From the NCBI GenBank assembly GCA_030704615.1, contig CM060731.1, forward strand, positions 43,276,001-43,340,000: a stretch of DNA of 64,000 bases, read 5' to 3'. The position numbers and the translations under genes are program-made. The DNA comes from Takakia lepidozioides. Lineage: Eukaryota; Plantae; Bryophyta. A model generated the notes under the pieces. The model searched no databases. It was given only the letters and a program-made list of their open reading frames with translations, and was not told the origin of the DNA. Of this stretch, positions 1-13,074 are shown piece by piece (the first letter of the stretch is position 1; each line of letters opens with the position of its first letter).

Positions 1-149
1 ATTGCAAGAACGGGTGTCATCAAGAAAGAAGACAAAATTGGCCGTCAAAGTACCTACCCGGTACAGTAACTAATTGTGGGCCCATTAATGCATTCAGTGC
101 CAGGGTAACGGAACCCTTTTCGAGTTCAGAAAAAAGAAACTAATGCCAC

Positions 150-2762
150 ATGTGCTATCCTAGTGGACAGTCCAGGGGGGAAAATCCACGGAAGGGAATT
201 AAATTACAAAACCAATCACAGAGCCAACAGCCAATCATGAGCCAGAATTACCTGCACAGGGTATTTTCCAAGAAGCAAAATCAAGAATTTAGAGGGATTC
301 TGAGCGCAAGAGTCGGCGTCGTTCCAAGTAACGGGCGTCTCGACGGGAGAGACAATCAAAGCTATAGCTTTGAAGCTATGGCAGAAATAACAGACTACAC
401 ACTCGCATTACTACTTACGCAATGGCACAAGGACGGACGAACAGAGAGTATCTTTTCTCTAAATCGATACTTGCAAGCCCCACAGGCTTACAAGCACTTA
501 CCCATTGCATTCTGCGCCAACCATACTTTGATGCTTTGTGCCCTGCAGGCATTTCTTCAGTTGTTGCAACCAAAACCTTTCTGTTTGTCTAGAATGAAGA
601 GAGTGAGAGGAATGGAGGATATCAGGGTGAAGAGCACCACAATCTTACAGAAGCAAACGATTGCTGCACCACAGGCAGTGCAGCTACTGAAGGAGCTGCG
701 ATTGGAGGGATTGCTACGCAAGGACTGGTCCTTGCATCATCGGCAGTTCATGATACAATTTCTTCAAAACTTTGAGCCTCGGACAAGACTTACTCAGGTG
801 AGGGGAGTAGATATAGAGATTACTCCCCAGTACCTGCAGCAATTGTTTGATTTGTCATCAGGACATGTGGATGTGGATGAGCACAGGGCAAGATTGCAGA
901 TAGGGAATCTGTTCCAAGAAGGGAGTTTCTTTAAAACTCAAGGTTTTGCTTGTACCAAAGCCGAGTACCCAGGGCTTAGAGAAGTTGGCCAAATCTTGAA
1001 CGTTCTGTTTGCCATGAAACAGAACCAACAGTATTTGAGCAAGTCATTCACAGAGGAGATCCTGAAAGCTTTAAGGGGAGAGGATGTCGCTTGGGTGGAG
1101 TTAATGTACAATGGATTGGTGGACGAGATGAAGAGGTTACAAGGCACTGCTGCTAAGTCTCCAATCATTGTGTCCGGTCCAATCATTGCTCAAATAATTA
1201 TTGATTCTTGCATACTTGATACTCGGGAAAGAAAGGAGATGGGAGTGTTTGAGGCAGAAACCACTACAATTGAAGAGCAAGGCTCTTCACACAGTGAGGG
1301 TGGACTGGCAGCGCAACACCAGTCTAAGAGACAGAGGCGGGGTAAGACTGTAGTGGCGGTTCCACTGGCTTCACGGAAACCGCATGATAATGTTTCCCAA
1401 GCTCTTGTGCAGGAAGGGGCACAGCAGCACAGAGAGCTGCTACTATTGGAAGCAGGGCCTTCAGAGAGGGAAGAGGAAGTCACTTCGATACCACAGCCAC
1501 CACAACCAATTGACTCTGTCATTTTGGAGGTTCCACAACTAGTATATGTTGTGGCATCACCACCAATTGCTCAGGAAGGAGAAAGGTTGGACATTCCCAC
1601 TACAGAGCAGGTCGTGGCCGAAATTGAGAAGGGTGACCTTCTCTATGAAAACTCTAGCTTGGTAAGGGAATCAGTGATTCCAGAGGTGCAGAGGTTGTCC
1701 AGGGGAAACCCTGCTATGCATGTAATACCCACACCTGTGACGGAAGTACCAGGGCTAGAATATCAAGACACTGCAGCACCTGTGGCGGATGAGGTGGTGC
1801 AGGAAGAAAATCTGGTGGGGCAATGGCCTGAATGGTTCGTGAGGCATCACACTGTTGAGGATCAGGGAGAACAGCAGCAAGCTCACCATGATGACCCTCA
1901 GCAGGCCATGCTTATGAGTTCCATAAGCATGACACTTAATTTGTTAAGCACTTATGTGAAATCCCATGTTCCATCTACCCAATTGGCAGCTTTGAGGGAA
2001 GAACTCAGGAAGGAGTTTGAGGCTCAACTTGCCACTGAGTGTGCAAACAAGGTCGATGAGGAGGTCACTCTCAAGTTACAGCAAGAGTTAGAGGATACAA
2101 AAACTGCTTTGCAGTTGGCCAAAGAACATTTGATTGAAGCAGGCCTTGCGCAAGACCAGTTGCACGAAGCACACAAGCAACAGCTATACCAAATGCAGGT
2201 GAAACATGAGAGCAAGTTGCAAGAAGTGAATGCACTACATACGGAGTTGCAGACAGTACATGAGAGGATGGCCATACAATGTGCTACACTCACAACTACT
2301 CTTCAGCAAACTACATTAGAAGTTAACAGACAAGGGGAGAGATGTACGAAGGCAGAGGCAGAGAATGTCGAGCAGGCGAAACTCATTGTTGATATGAAGA
2401 ATACAATCTGTCGCAATGAGAATACTTTCAAGCAATACAGACAGGTTGAAGCTGACCAAGAGAGGTACATCCTGGAATTGCAACAAACGGTCATGATAAA
2501 TAGAAATGAACTCTCTGTGGCTAACAAGGCTTGGAAGGAAGCCAATAATCTGGCTGCTGCATATGCGAGTTTGGTTGAACCTCATGCAAAGCGCAAGGAG
2601 GCTTTACAGCAGCAGATAGATGTATACAGGCTCATAGAGGAGCAGACTCTCAGGGGTGCCACACGCAACTTGGTGGATAACCACCTTATGCAAGTCTGGT
2701 TAGCACAAAGGGCCGGTGGAAGGCAAAGCACCACGGAAACTCACCCAGGGCGAGATGAATGA
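150..2762 (+). CDS. Accessory ORF of an LTR retrotransposon (plant-transposon/Athila-ORF-like N-terminal domain plus long coiled coil); true start may be the ATG near 594
   Basis: 870-aa open frame. FLQNF...VRGVDIEITPQYLQQLFDL resembles the plant putative transposon protein motif, and the C-terminal half is Q/E-rich heptads. Lies upstream of a polypurine tract and LTR start. Confidence 0.55.
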   Translation: MCYPSGQSRGENPRKGIKLQNQSQSQQPIMSQNYLHRVFSKKQNQEFRGILSARVGVVPSNGRLDGRDNQSYSFEAMAEITDYTLALLLTQWHKDGRTESIFSLNRYLQAPQAYKHLPIAFCANHTLMLCALQAFLQLLQPKPFCLSRMKRVRGMEDIRVKSTTILQKQTIAAPQAVQLLKELRLEGLLRKDWSLHHRQFMIQFLQNFEPRTRLTQVRGVDIEITPQYLQQLFDLSSGHVDVDEHRARLQIGNLFQEGSFFKTQGFACTKAEYPGLREVGQILNVLFAMKQNQQYLSKSFTEEILKALRGEDVAWVELMYNGLVDEMKRLQGTAAKSPIIVSGPIIAQIIIDSCILDTRERKEMGVFEAETTTIEEQGSSHSEGGLAAQHQSKRQRRGKTVVAVPLASRKPHDNVSQALVQEGAQQHRELLLLEAGPSEREEEVTSIPQPPQPIDSVILEVPQLVYVVASPPIAQEGERLDIPTTEQVVAEIEKGDLLYENSSLVRESVIPEVQRLSRGNPAMHVIPTPVTEVPGLEYQDTAAPVADEVVQEENLVGQWPEWFVRHHTVEDQGEQQQAHHDDPQQAMLMSSISMTLNLLSTYVKSHVPSTQLAALREELRKEFEAQLATECANKVDEEVTLKLQQELEDTKTALQLAKEHLIEAGLAQDQLHEAHKQQLYQMQVKHESKLQEVNALHTELQTVHERMAIQCATLTTTLQQTTLEVNRQGERCTKAEAENVEQAKLIVDMKNTICRNENTFKQYRQVEADQERYILELQQTVMINRNELSVANKAWKEANNLAAAYASLVEPHAKRKEALQQQIDVYRLIEEQTLRGATRNLVDNHLMQVWLAQRAGGRQSTTETHPGRDE

Positions 2763-4159
2763 GCTCAGACTGCAGGTGCAGAACATTGCCACAATTACTA
2801 TAGACAATGTTTATAGTAGGATAGCGGAGCTACAGGAGGATGTAGACGGCCTACAGACTCAGGTGGAAGACCTGACTTCAAATATCGACAAAAGAGTCTT
2901 TGTACCTGAGGAGCAGTTGATGGCTACTTATTTACAAGCCAGAACTCTAATTTTTCAGTCTTCTTCGCAAGGGGTGCAGGAGATGCCAGTGGTGGAAGGG
3001 CCAAGTATTACCAATACCACAACAAGTGACTGTGCCGGTAGTTGACCCTGTTGTTACTACAGCCACACCACAGCCACCACAGCTTGAGGTATGGGGGGAT
3101 GCTGCTTTTAACCCACCTAGGACTCTTGCTGCACGAGAGTACAGTCAGGCTATGATTATGCCCTTCAACCAAATTCCCATTGTGTTGGATTTGGCTTGGA
3201 AGGAATTTAGTCCTCCGCAGTCGTTGGCACATTACTACCAGATCATGCGCATTTGGCTGCCAGTGGCAACTCGGACTAAGGTTCTTCCGAACAATCGACC
3301 CATTGAAGATCATCACTTTGCGAGGTACTGGTCTGAAGCCAGTACCATGTTGAAAGAATTAATTGCCTTCCAGGTTGTACATGGGTACATTTATACCAAG
3401 ACCAAGGAGGTAGCAAGTATTGTCATGGGTTGTGGGTTATACTATGCTGCTTGTTTTTTGGCACGTTATCACATTGAGCAGCAGAAGATGCAATCGCGAT
3501 TTCTGAGTTATATCAGTGGGGATCATTGGGTCTTACCTTCAGTGCCACCTCATATGTACTTATATGATGCAAAGGTTATGATGCAGAAGGATTCCCAACT
3601 TCGTTCATGGTTTCATTCGGCTTGGAACAATTTGACAACACAGAAATTTGGCCCTGACGATATTTTCTTTAAGGGCCATGAGGCATGGAAATACTTGCAC
3701 TGTTCCCAAGTCATTGGCACACCACTCACCTATACGGACAAGGAGTTCATGGTGTTCACCAATTTTGCCATTAAGAGCTTACAGCAAGTTGTACAGTGTA
3801 AACTTCCAGACATGGTGGGACCACATTATATGCCCCAACGGATTCCAGTTAGAGTTCGACCGTTAAAACACCTCAGGGGGGACGAGGATTCTGATACTAC
3901 TGTTTCTTCAGCGGACTCTTTTGACATGGCAGAGGACTATGCAATTCAGATGGCAGAGAAGAAACGACGGGGATCTCCTATGCCTGAGAGGTTACCTCGA
4001 TATCAGCCAAAAGAGGGACTGACATTTCCAGGTAGTGCTCAATCATCTCCGTCAACCAGTGACAGGACTCGGGCTCGCATAAGAGTCCTTCACGAGACTC
4101 TCACCATCAGAAAGGTGCTCGCTCACAAAGGTTTGCTAATCCCAAACAGTAAACCGTGA
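2755..4159 (+). CDS. Second accessory ORF of the same retroelement, probably one gene frameshifted at ~3026-3045
   Basis: ATG at 2755 overlaps the ORF1 stop (ATGAATGA). The short upstream ORF (stop at 3045) overlaps a 377-aa ORF that ends just before the PPT. Confidence 0.45.
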
Positions 4160-4172
4160 GGACACGACTTTT

Positions 4173-5613
4173 TGAGAGGGGGAGGGGTAAATGTTAGAGG
4201 GCTGCTTGGGGCTTAGACGCTTTTATAAGTTCTGTGGGGTACCCTTAATTTTTGCGCAGACTGAGACCAACAGGAGCCTTAGGGGTGGTAGCAACCTGAT
4301 AAATTGTAATCTGATACTTATTCGATACAAGCACACTGTGTAGAGAGACATGAGTGAAGCTGTGAAATGAATGCATGATTTAACTAGAACTAAGAAGATA
4401 CTGAAGCAATCTGATGCTTCAGTATCAAATAAGGTAAATTGATAACATGAAGGTAAGAAGGAATACAAAGGGGAAGCACAACCATGATACACTAGCTGCA
4501 GGTCATGACTGATTGTACTGAGCGGGCTGAATGCTTAGAGATATCCAACTCTTCTATCTTGGAGTTTCCACCTCGGATAGTGAAGGGATGGGTGAGTAAA
4601 AGCCGCTCGACACCACTATGCTGGTGTGTGATCGATGCTCAAGAGGTTGGCACATGGGATGCTTGACACCACCTCTTGAGAGGGTTCCTGATGGAGATTG
4701 GTTATGTCCACACTGCTTGGGATAGTGGCAGTGGATATGACTAGTGGCAGCTCACAAGACATGGGAGGCCAAGCTCATAGGAGTCAATACCCAAGATCTC
4801 AGGCTCAAGTTCACAGGTTGCAAGACGGCGACTAACGATGGGGCAACTCTTGTACCCGGCCTCTTGATCTATTGAGTTTGAGTGTAGTAGGGACAGTGGT
4901 GGAGGACCTAGTGAGGCTATGGCCACTATCACATCTTGTGGCTACCTGGACTTAGAGGGACCTAAGCGCCAGCTAGGGGGGCGATTGTGATGGACTAGTG
5001 GTAGCCTAGTGGTGGATTAGTGGCTGCACTAGTGGTGGCTAGTGGCAACCTAGTGGTGGACTAGTGGCTGCACTAGTGGTGGCTAGTGGCAGACTAGTGA
5101 TGGACTAGTGGTGCATTTGGATATATGCACAACATCACTGACCATTGAATCATCCATTTGGAGAGTTTTAGAGCAATTTCAGAATAGCAGATTGTATGAT
5201 GAGAGATGATGAGTATATGGAAGGGTAGATCATTGGATAGTATGATATGAGATTATAAATGTTTGACAAATTGACTCTCACGTACATGTCAATATACAAT
5301 GTAGCAAATAATGTCTAGTTTCAAAGTAACAAACAAGAATATGATTGATTGATACTCATTGATAGAAAGAACACTTACAGACTCTCATACTATCATGTCC
5401 CAAGTAATGCCATTGGATTTCGTCATACTAAATTTTACTTTTATGATCCCTAAAGATATTAAACAGATTAGAAAACTGACAACAAAATTGATGGATGATT
5501 TTGAAATGAACATCTAATGAAGGAAACGAAGTTTTGTTTGGAGATCTCTGTGCACAAATAAACTGCATCCAATCAATTTCATGTCGTTGACCATAAAATT
5601 AGCTACTCTTACA
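4173..5613 (+). mobile_element. Polypurine tract (4174-4187) and 3' LTR of a Ty3/gypsy-like element; right boundary uncertain
   Basis: GAGAGGGGGAGGGG followed by TG at 4192 (TGTTAGAGG). Candidate ...CTTACA end at 5613. Confidence 0.45.
4993..5113. repeat. ~11-bp minisatellite (CTAGTGGNNNN)
   Basis: About 10 consecutive CTAGTGG units. Confidence 0.85.
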
Positions 5614-5717
5614 CCTAGTCCACTTCTCTTATACTACCTTTTGCTAAAAAAAAAAACTTGTTTTTCTTGACGTTGTTAGGGTTCCAATAGGTCTTGTGTA
5701 GAATGTGATTGCATAGA

Positions 5718-6456
5718 TGTCGGCCCTTTGCCTTGAGGGCAGGGGGTCGGGACACGAGAGGGGCTGCCCCTGTGGTGGGGGCAGTGGCAACAATAGATGC
5801 GAAGGGCTGAAGCACCCTTGACTGCCCAAGGCACTCAAGGAAGCGGAGGCGCTCACTAGGTGGAGCCCCGCACACCGGGTTGCGGTGAGGGTGGTTCCAC
5901 GAAGGGTGGTGGTAGCTTAGTGGGACTTAGTGGGGGTGGCATAGGACTCACCATGGGGGCGAAGACCTTGTGGTGGGAGTCGTGGGGAGTCTTGGGACTC
6001 ATCATGGTCCAATGGGACCGTGGTGGGTGGGCCAAGACTCACCGCGACTCATCACCGGGAGTCGAGGGTTTTCGTGGTGGTTCACCATAAAATGGCATGG
6101 TTGTTTGTGAAACCCCCGCGGACAGTCATAGAAGTATATATAGGGAGTAGTAACCCCGAGAACGGTGCAAGCCTGTTGGTGTCCAAAAACTAGTGAGTAA
6201 GCGAGCGAGCCGGAAAGCGACCAAGGAGTGGGGAGCTATTCCGGACTGCCATCTACCAAAGGGAATTCCCACTAGTTCCAAATTGGCGGAGGGTTTCGGG
6301 GAAGAGTAAAGGGGGACCGTTATGTCCCGGTGAGCAGCCGAAGCTCCGAGTTGGCCCGGCGGCCAAGTTGGGAGTTAGGCGCGCGCATCAAAGCGAGTAA
6401 CTATGACTTGAAGGGGAGCTTACCGAAGTGAGGTGCGCGACACTTGGTATCAGAGC
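5718..6456 (+). mobile_element. 5' LTR (5718-6442) and tRNA-Met primer-binding site (6445-6456) of a Ty3/gypsy element
   Basis: TGTCG...CGACA termini followed by TGGTATCAGAGC and then gag. Confidence 0.8.
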
Positions 6457-6496
6457 TTAGAGTTCAATACGCGATCGTCCTTGGGATCGGCCTCAT

Positions 6497-7640
6497 CATG
6501 GGGTCGGGCAAGCCAAAGTGAAAGTGGAACGGCCCGAAAGATGATGATCCTGGTGAGCCCGATGGGGGCGACGTGTCACCGAAGCGGCCATTTGAGGAAG
6601 CGATGCATACCTTTGGAAGCGAGGCCGCTCAAGAACGGGAGGAATCTGAGGAGTCCGAGCTTGAGGAATCCCTGAGAGCTCCGACAGACCAACAGATGTT
6701 TCCCCTGCCAGCAACCTTTTGGGAAGGGTTGTTGGCGTAGTTTGGTGGGACGTTGAAATACGTGTTGAAGGCGGCTAATGCCACTTCCACTAAGGCAAAG
6801 CTTAAGGTGAAGCCTAAAGAACCCGGCAACTTCGAGGGCGTCCGAAATCGGAAGGCACTCAACACCTGGCTCTTGGAGCTAGAGCAGTACTTCCGGGCGG
6901 TGGCCAAGTTGAGTGACAAGGATCGGGTGGAAGTGGCTCCCACCTATTTGAGGGGCTATGCTCAACAATGGTGGCAGAAACGCCTTCACGACCGAGGTCC
7001 AAACCCGGAGACCTTGAACTGGAGTGGGTTTAAGGAACTCATGAAGAGACAGTTTGTGCCCCTCAACACGTCCTGGCTCGTCCGGGACAAGATGAGGAAT
7101 TTGAAGCAAACGGATGACATTCGGGGATATGTTCAGGCTTTCAATGTGCTGTTGCTCGAAGTCGCGGACTTGGCAGAACCAGAAATGGTCTTCAACTTTG
7201 TGGCGGGAATGGCCCCATGGGCCAGGCCGAAGTTGGAGGAGTAGCCACCTAAGACTTTGAACGAAGCAATTGAAAGGGCTGAATGTTTCTCGGATGTCCC
7301 TAGGGGCAAAAGACAAGGTCATACGGAGCTGAACCACAAGAAGGTCTGGCGGGAAGGTGACTCCTTCCGACCGGAAAAGAAGTGGGATAGGCCACGCGGC
7401 GACAATGGCACATGGAAATCGAAGGGAGGGCCCTCACATGTCAAGACGACACCCAATGCCCCAAAAGGAAAACCAGGTGTAGCGGCTTATGGCGGACAGA
7501 AGGCGATCTTCGATGGAGTGTGCTTTAATTGCGGGGAACCCGACACATGGCTAAAAAGTGCGCGAAACCCCGAGAATTGAACATGACTCGGGCAACCACG
7601 GAGTTGTCCGAGGATTCCATTAGCCGCTTGGTGGAGGTGG
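6497..7640 (+). pseudogene. gag: Ty3/gypsy gag (retrotransposon gag plus zinc knuckle), disrupted and truncated
   Basis: KEPGNFEG...TWLLELEQYF...YLRGYAQQWW...LKQTDDIRGYV. Stop at 7242-7244. The CFNCGEP(G)HMAKKC knuckle is broken by a 1-nt deletion, and no pol follows. Confidence 0.85.
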
Positions 7641-7644
7641 TGGT

Positions 7645-9215
7645 CGTCCACTAGGTGAACAACCAGATGTGTCATCACATCAAAAAATGATGGTGGGAAC
7701 TCCTTCTCTATAAGACACAAAGTGACAACTGCTTCAGTTCTCAATTCCTCATACTCTACAGGATTCACCACTTTTGCACACAACTTCTTAAATACACGAC
7801 ATACTCGCAAAATGGCCCTGCGAGGACCACTTGCCATGAGCCCACGGATAGCAAGCGGTGTAATTTGCTACATGAGCACATGATAGTCATGTGATTTCAT
7901 GCCAGACAATTTCTTCTTCACCAAATACTTTTTGAAAGTTGATGCGTAGCCTGTTGGCACTTTCAAGTTCTGCACAATCTCCAGAAAGACTTGTAACTCA
8001 GCCTCAATGAGGACATAAGGGGCAGGAGGCATAATTAACTGCTCTGTCAGGATCACGTTGTAGCCACAATTCCGGGCGCATCCCAAGTAGCTCCAAACCA
8101 CGGCGAACTTTCAATATATCTTTCTCACCAAAGATAGTTTTAATAATATTTTCAGCCAAGTTCTTCTCGCAATGCATTGCGTCAAACGTGTGGCGGATGA
8201 GGAGACCCTACAAAATGAACACATAAGCAATTGAGCATTTACTCATCACAATTTAAACAGAAAACGCAAAAATGTACACAGCCAATTTAAAGGCCATGAA
8301 GGAATAACCTCCCAATAAGGTAAGACATAAAATTGACAATCGCTTAACTCCATGAGTTTTTGCTGGGTCTGTCCTGCTATCTGGCGTCCCTCCGTTTTCC
8401 ACCCATGCAGTGCGAGCTGTTGCAAGCTCCTTGATTTATGTTCCAGTCTGCGTTTTTGGAGGAGTTCCATGCTCAGTAGCGCCATTGAACATTCTTGACC
8501 TTCTATATATGATTGCGGGCCAGAAATCTTGAGTGGCCTAGGAAAATAGTTTTCCCACATATGTGTAACTGCTGTGAAGTCACCCCGGGTCCACAAGCTG
8601 GACAACCAGCATAATCTTTCGTCACTTGACCTGAGAGCAAGCCATATGCAGGGTAGTCATGGATTGACCACATCAACACTGCCCTCAGTGTGAATGCGCG
8701 TTGACCACGAGGACGGGAAACATCCTGAGCTGCAATCCCTCTCCATAGTTCCAATAGCTCTTCCACTAGGGGCATCAGGTAAACATCTACGTTGTCCGAG
8801 GTAACAGACTCCTTACCAGGAATCAGTAGCGCTAACATGACAAAGAACTTTTTGGTCATTAACCACGGAGGCAGATTGTAATTGACCAAGAGAACGGGCC
8901 ATGTGCTCCAACTGGTGGATTGAGCTCCATAGGGATTTACACCGTCTAAGGCCAATCCAAATCGCACAGATCGTGGCTCTGCTGCAAAATTCTCAAATGT
9001 GGTGTCAATATGTCTCCATGCTTTGCTATCAGCTGGATGTCGAACCAACCCATCCTGGCTCTTATGTCTGTCATGAGGTTAGCGATCGATTTACATCGGT
9101 ACATACATTTCAACCTTGGAATGACAGGGAAGTGTCGCAATACTTTCTTGGGCACACTTCCACGACCTGGAATGTAACGGGAACTACGGCACACTGGGCA
9201 AATGTCTTAGCCTGT
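7645..9215 (-). pseudogene. CACTA/En-Spm transposase (TnpD/Tnp2; Transposase_21 and DUF4218-like) fragment
   Basis: RHPADSKAW, LALDGVNPY, STWPVLLVNYNLPPW, HDYPAYG, GMKSHDYHVLM, EKEFPPSFFDVMTHLVVHLV. Several frameshifts and a GT-AG intron at 8208-8308. Confidence 0.92.
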
Positions 9216-9291
9216 TTTCGGACAACAACCATACAACACTGCTACTGTGAAGGTACAAACATTCTGACAGTGCTCCAGAGGCTACAAGTTT

Positions 9292-9640
9292 CACTATAAT
9301 ACAAGCTGGGCTTTTCGACTCTGTATTTGACTCATTTTTTAGTCGTTTGCGACATTTTTACTCCCAACCTCCATAGTCGAACATGCGTGACAAAGGTCAA
9401 GTCGTTTCAGTCAAGCAGTCGAATCCAGATGCCAGGTTCTGACAGTGAAATGTGACAGTAAAACTTAGGGGGTGACGTGTAGGCAACACAATATGACGTG
9501 GATGCGACGTGGCTATGACGTGGCTATGACGTGTAGTAAAATGGTTTAACTGAATTATAAGGTGGATGCATGACGTGTAATGAGTGGCTTAAGCGCAGAG
9601 TGACGTGGATGCATGACGTGTAGTAAAGTGGTTTAACTGA
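9292..9640 (+). mobile_element. Possible CACTA terminus with subterminal repeats
   Basis: CACTATAATA at 9292 followed by (T)CGAC/GTCG(A) motifs, then clustered TGACGTG(G/T) repeats. Confidence 0.3.
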
Positions 9641-10129
9641 AGTGGAACATATTGACTATGTTCCATGATGTTTAGTATATGGTTTGACTGTAAATCAGTG
9701 ATAATGAGTTTGCTTGACTTTGTATAGTGTAATATTCTACTGTGAAGCAGTAAAAGATGACACATTTTAGTAAATATGTTTCACTCTGGGGGTGTATATA
9801 CATATATACATATAAATATAAAAATACATACATATATATATATGAATTGGGAGGCTTTTTATTTAATATTGGGGTTTTTTTTGTTTATTACTGTTATTTC
9901 GTTTTTTTCATTTACTTTTAGTTTATATCTGTACGTATGTGAATTAGTGGATATTGTATTTAAATTTTTTGATTCGCTGCACTGCATTGAAAATATATTA
10001 CAAATACAACAAAACATAAAATACAAATACAGGTCGGAACCAAAAACATTTGGATGGCTCAAAACTGGTTTATATCAAGACTGTTTTGCAAAACAAGTTT
10101 TGGCCACATTCTACAAATAACCAACATGA

Positions 10130-11720
10130 GGGCCATGTTGCCATATCCATAGATCACTGCCCAACTGAAGTCATTGAGTAAGGATAATCTGTTGTGCAGT
10201 TAGGTCCAGCACTATCGTGGACATGTCAAGAGAACATTTGAAATCATTTTGAGAATGAGTTCCAGAGAATGGTGGTGCCAGCTACCTTGTCACCCCAAAG
10301 TGACATCCACTTCCAGGGCTGCCTTGACATACATATCCACCAAGGCAGTGTTTAGAGTGACAACTCCAGCTTTGACGATGTCATCATGGACCTTTGTGCC
10401 GTTTTGAGGACTGCCAGGCTCACATTTGACGTAGATGTACATCAGGGGAATGTTCAGAATGACATATGGTACAATTCCAGATTGGATAATGTCACCATAA
10501 ACCTCTTCCTAGGGCTGCTAGGCTCGCATATGCATATTACAAAAACAAATGAACATGACGGCCTGGTCTGGCTTCATCCCTTCCCACATCATTTGCTCTT
10601 ATGTTTCCAAAGCCTTAATCCCATACCCATGATGCTGCACATACCTTGCAATCATGACACTCCAAAATACCACATCTCGTTCAGCCATATTGTCAAACTC
10701 TCCTTTCACATCAGGCTTGCTGCACCCACATTTGGCATACATGTCCACCAAGGCAGAGTTCAGAATGACAATTTCCCCTTTAACAATCGGCATAAGCAAG
10801 GGGAAGGAGACAACAGAGCTGCTGCTCTCTCCCATCGCCAAAAAAACCAAAAGAAAAAAAAATGGAGGGGCTGAGAGAGCTGCCATGGCTGTGAAGTACC
10901 AGTATGCTGCAACGTGATGTGGTTGGGCTTCATCCCTACCCCCATCAATATTTGATCATAGGTCTCCAAAGCCTCCATACCATGTTCCTGCTGTGCATAC
11001 CCTGCAAGCATCACATTCCCCCCACATTCCATGACACCACATCTCGTTCAGCCACAGTGTTGAAAACTCCCTTCGCATCCTTAATGCACCCACATTTGGC
11101 ATACATGTCCACCAGGGCAATGTTCAGAATGACATCTCGTACAAATCCAGCTTTGACGATGTCACCATGGACCTCTTTCCCCTTTTCCAGAGCTCCCAGC
11201 CTTGCACACGCATGGCAAACAAACAAAATGTGATGTGGCTGGGTTTCACCCTTCGCACAACAGTTGCTCATAGGTTTCCAAAGCACTCCTACCACACCCA
11301 TCCTTGGTAAATCCTGCCAACATTATATTCCACGTGATCAAGATCGTTGAGGCACTCTGTGGAAAACCTGGTGAGCATCCATGATGCTCCCACACTTAAC
11401 ATACATGTTGACAAGGGTGTTGAGTAGAAAAACATTTGGCGTTAATCCACTTTGGATAATGTGAGTGTGCACCTCTTTCCAGCTTCCAGACCTTTCATCT
11501 TGATGCACTTAAGCAAGAGACAGACAGACGTATCTGAATCTACTGAAATGCCTTGTTGGTTTAAAGTTGTAGAGCCTCTGTCAGTCTGCCTGCCTCACAA
11601 AGCATCTTCACATGCCCAGCAGAAGAGGCATTGTGGACTCCCTCTCTTGATCTTCTCTCAGAAGTTGTGGTCATGGTTGAGGTGCCTGATTTTATCAACT
11701 GTGTCGCTGCCGCTGCTACC
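10130..11720 (-). pseudogene. PLS-class pentatricopeptide-repeat gene, degenerate
   Basis: Repeated ALVDMYAKCG, AERDVV(S/F)W and ACARLGALEKGKEVH motifs across shifting frames. Confidence 0.9.
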
Positions 11721-12519
11721 TTTATTTGACCATCTACCCATGCAACAGGTTTCTTGTAGCTATTGATCCACATGGAATCATAGGTAATCTGGAGCTTGAA
11801 ATCCAGCCCTCTTGGATGAATCTGGACCCACACTATCCCTGCCTCTTTAGCTATCCATACCTCTACACAAATCATGCATACATCCTTGCCTTGCTACTAG
11901 CAGCTGACAATGACAGCCTAGAATTGTTCCAGCAAACACCCCAACCCTTACTTATCACACTAGTTCAAAGTCACTCCAAACCACCACAGATCCACCCAAT
12001 GAGCTAACTTACAGAATTCAATATGCATCTCAGGGCCAAGTCTGATGAGGGGCAAAAACAGGCTGCAAAGGTCAAAGAAGAAGGTGCCCTCACCACATTG
12101 TCCTTGACCCATGGAGGATTTGACCGAGCATCAACCCAGTCAGGGAATGTTGGATTGGTCTGTGAGAACCACCACGGTGCAGCTGAGCAGGCAGAGATTG
12201 AGACACGGCCTACTAAGACCAAGCTGACTCTCCCAAGAACCTTGTAAACATCAGGAAGAACACCAAATCATGGTACTAACAGGAGCAAGAGCCCACCTTT
12301 GCATGATAGACAAACTTCTTCACATCGTACATTAAGAAAAGCCACACTTTGTGATTGTGGTTGTCCCACCATCGTGAAGGATCTTTATAAAACTCATGTC
12401 AGCTCACATCATGAACGAACTAACTTGCAGAATTCTACATGAAATTTAGGGACGACTCTGATAACATGGCAAAACAGGGTGAAATGTATTGAAGAAGGTA
12501 CCTTCATTAGCAGCGAATT

Positions 12520-13074
12520 GTTCTATCAATTGGGTTGCTGCCGCTTCTGTTTCCAGGATGACATTTGGTACAATTCTAGCTTTGACAATGTCACTATGGA
12601 CCTCTTTACCCTTTTCCAAAGCTCCCAGGCTTGCACATGCATTGCAAACACAAACAAATGCGATGGTGTTGGGCTTCACCCCTTTGCGCAACATTTGCTC
12701 ATAGGTCTCCTAAGCATTCCTACCACACCTACGCTTGGTAAATCCTGCCAACATAATATTCCACGCGATCAAAGATCATTGAGGCATTCTGTTGAACACT
12801 TGGTGAGCATCCATGATGCTCCCGCGTTCAACATACATGTTGACAAGGGTGTTGAGTAGAAAAACATTCGGTGTGAATCCACTTTGGATAATGTGAGTGT
12901 GCACCCGCTTTCCAGCTTCCAGACCATCCATCTTGATGCACTTAAGCAACAGACAGACATATCTGAATCTGCTGAAATGCCTCCTTGGTTTAGAGTCTGT
13001 AGAGCCTTTGTCAGTCTGCCTGCCGCACAAAGTATCTTCACATGCCCAGAAGTGCCAGAAGAGGCATTGTGGAC
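12520..13074 (-). pseudogene. Second (tandem paralogous) PPR fragment, cut at its 5' side by a MULE-like terminus
   Basis: 12700-13074 is closely similar to 11270-11638. ACASLGALEKGKEVH and NTLVNMYVERGS motifs. Homology stops at GCATTGTGGAC. Confidence 0.85.

Noticed and set aside
7487-7837. gag-transposase fusion ORF
   Set aside because: It is a chance read-through across the junction of opposite-strand gag and CACTA fragments.
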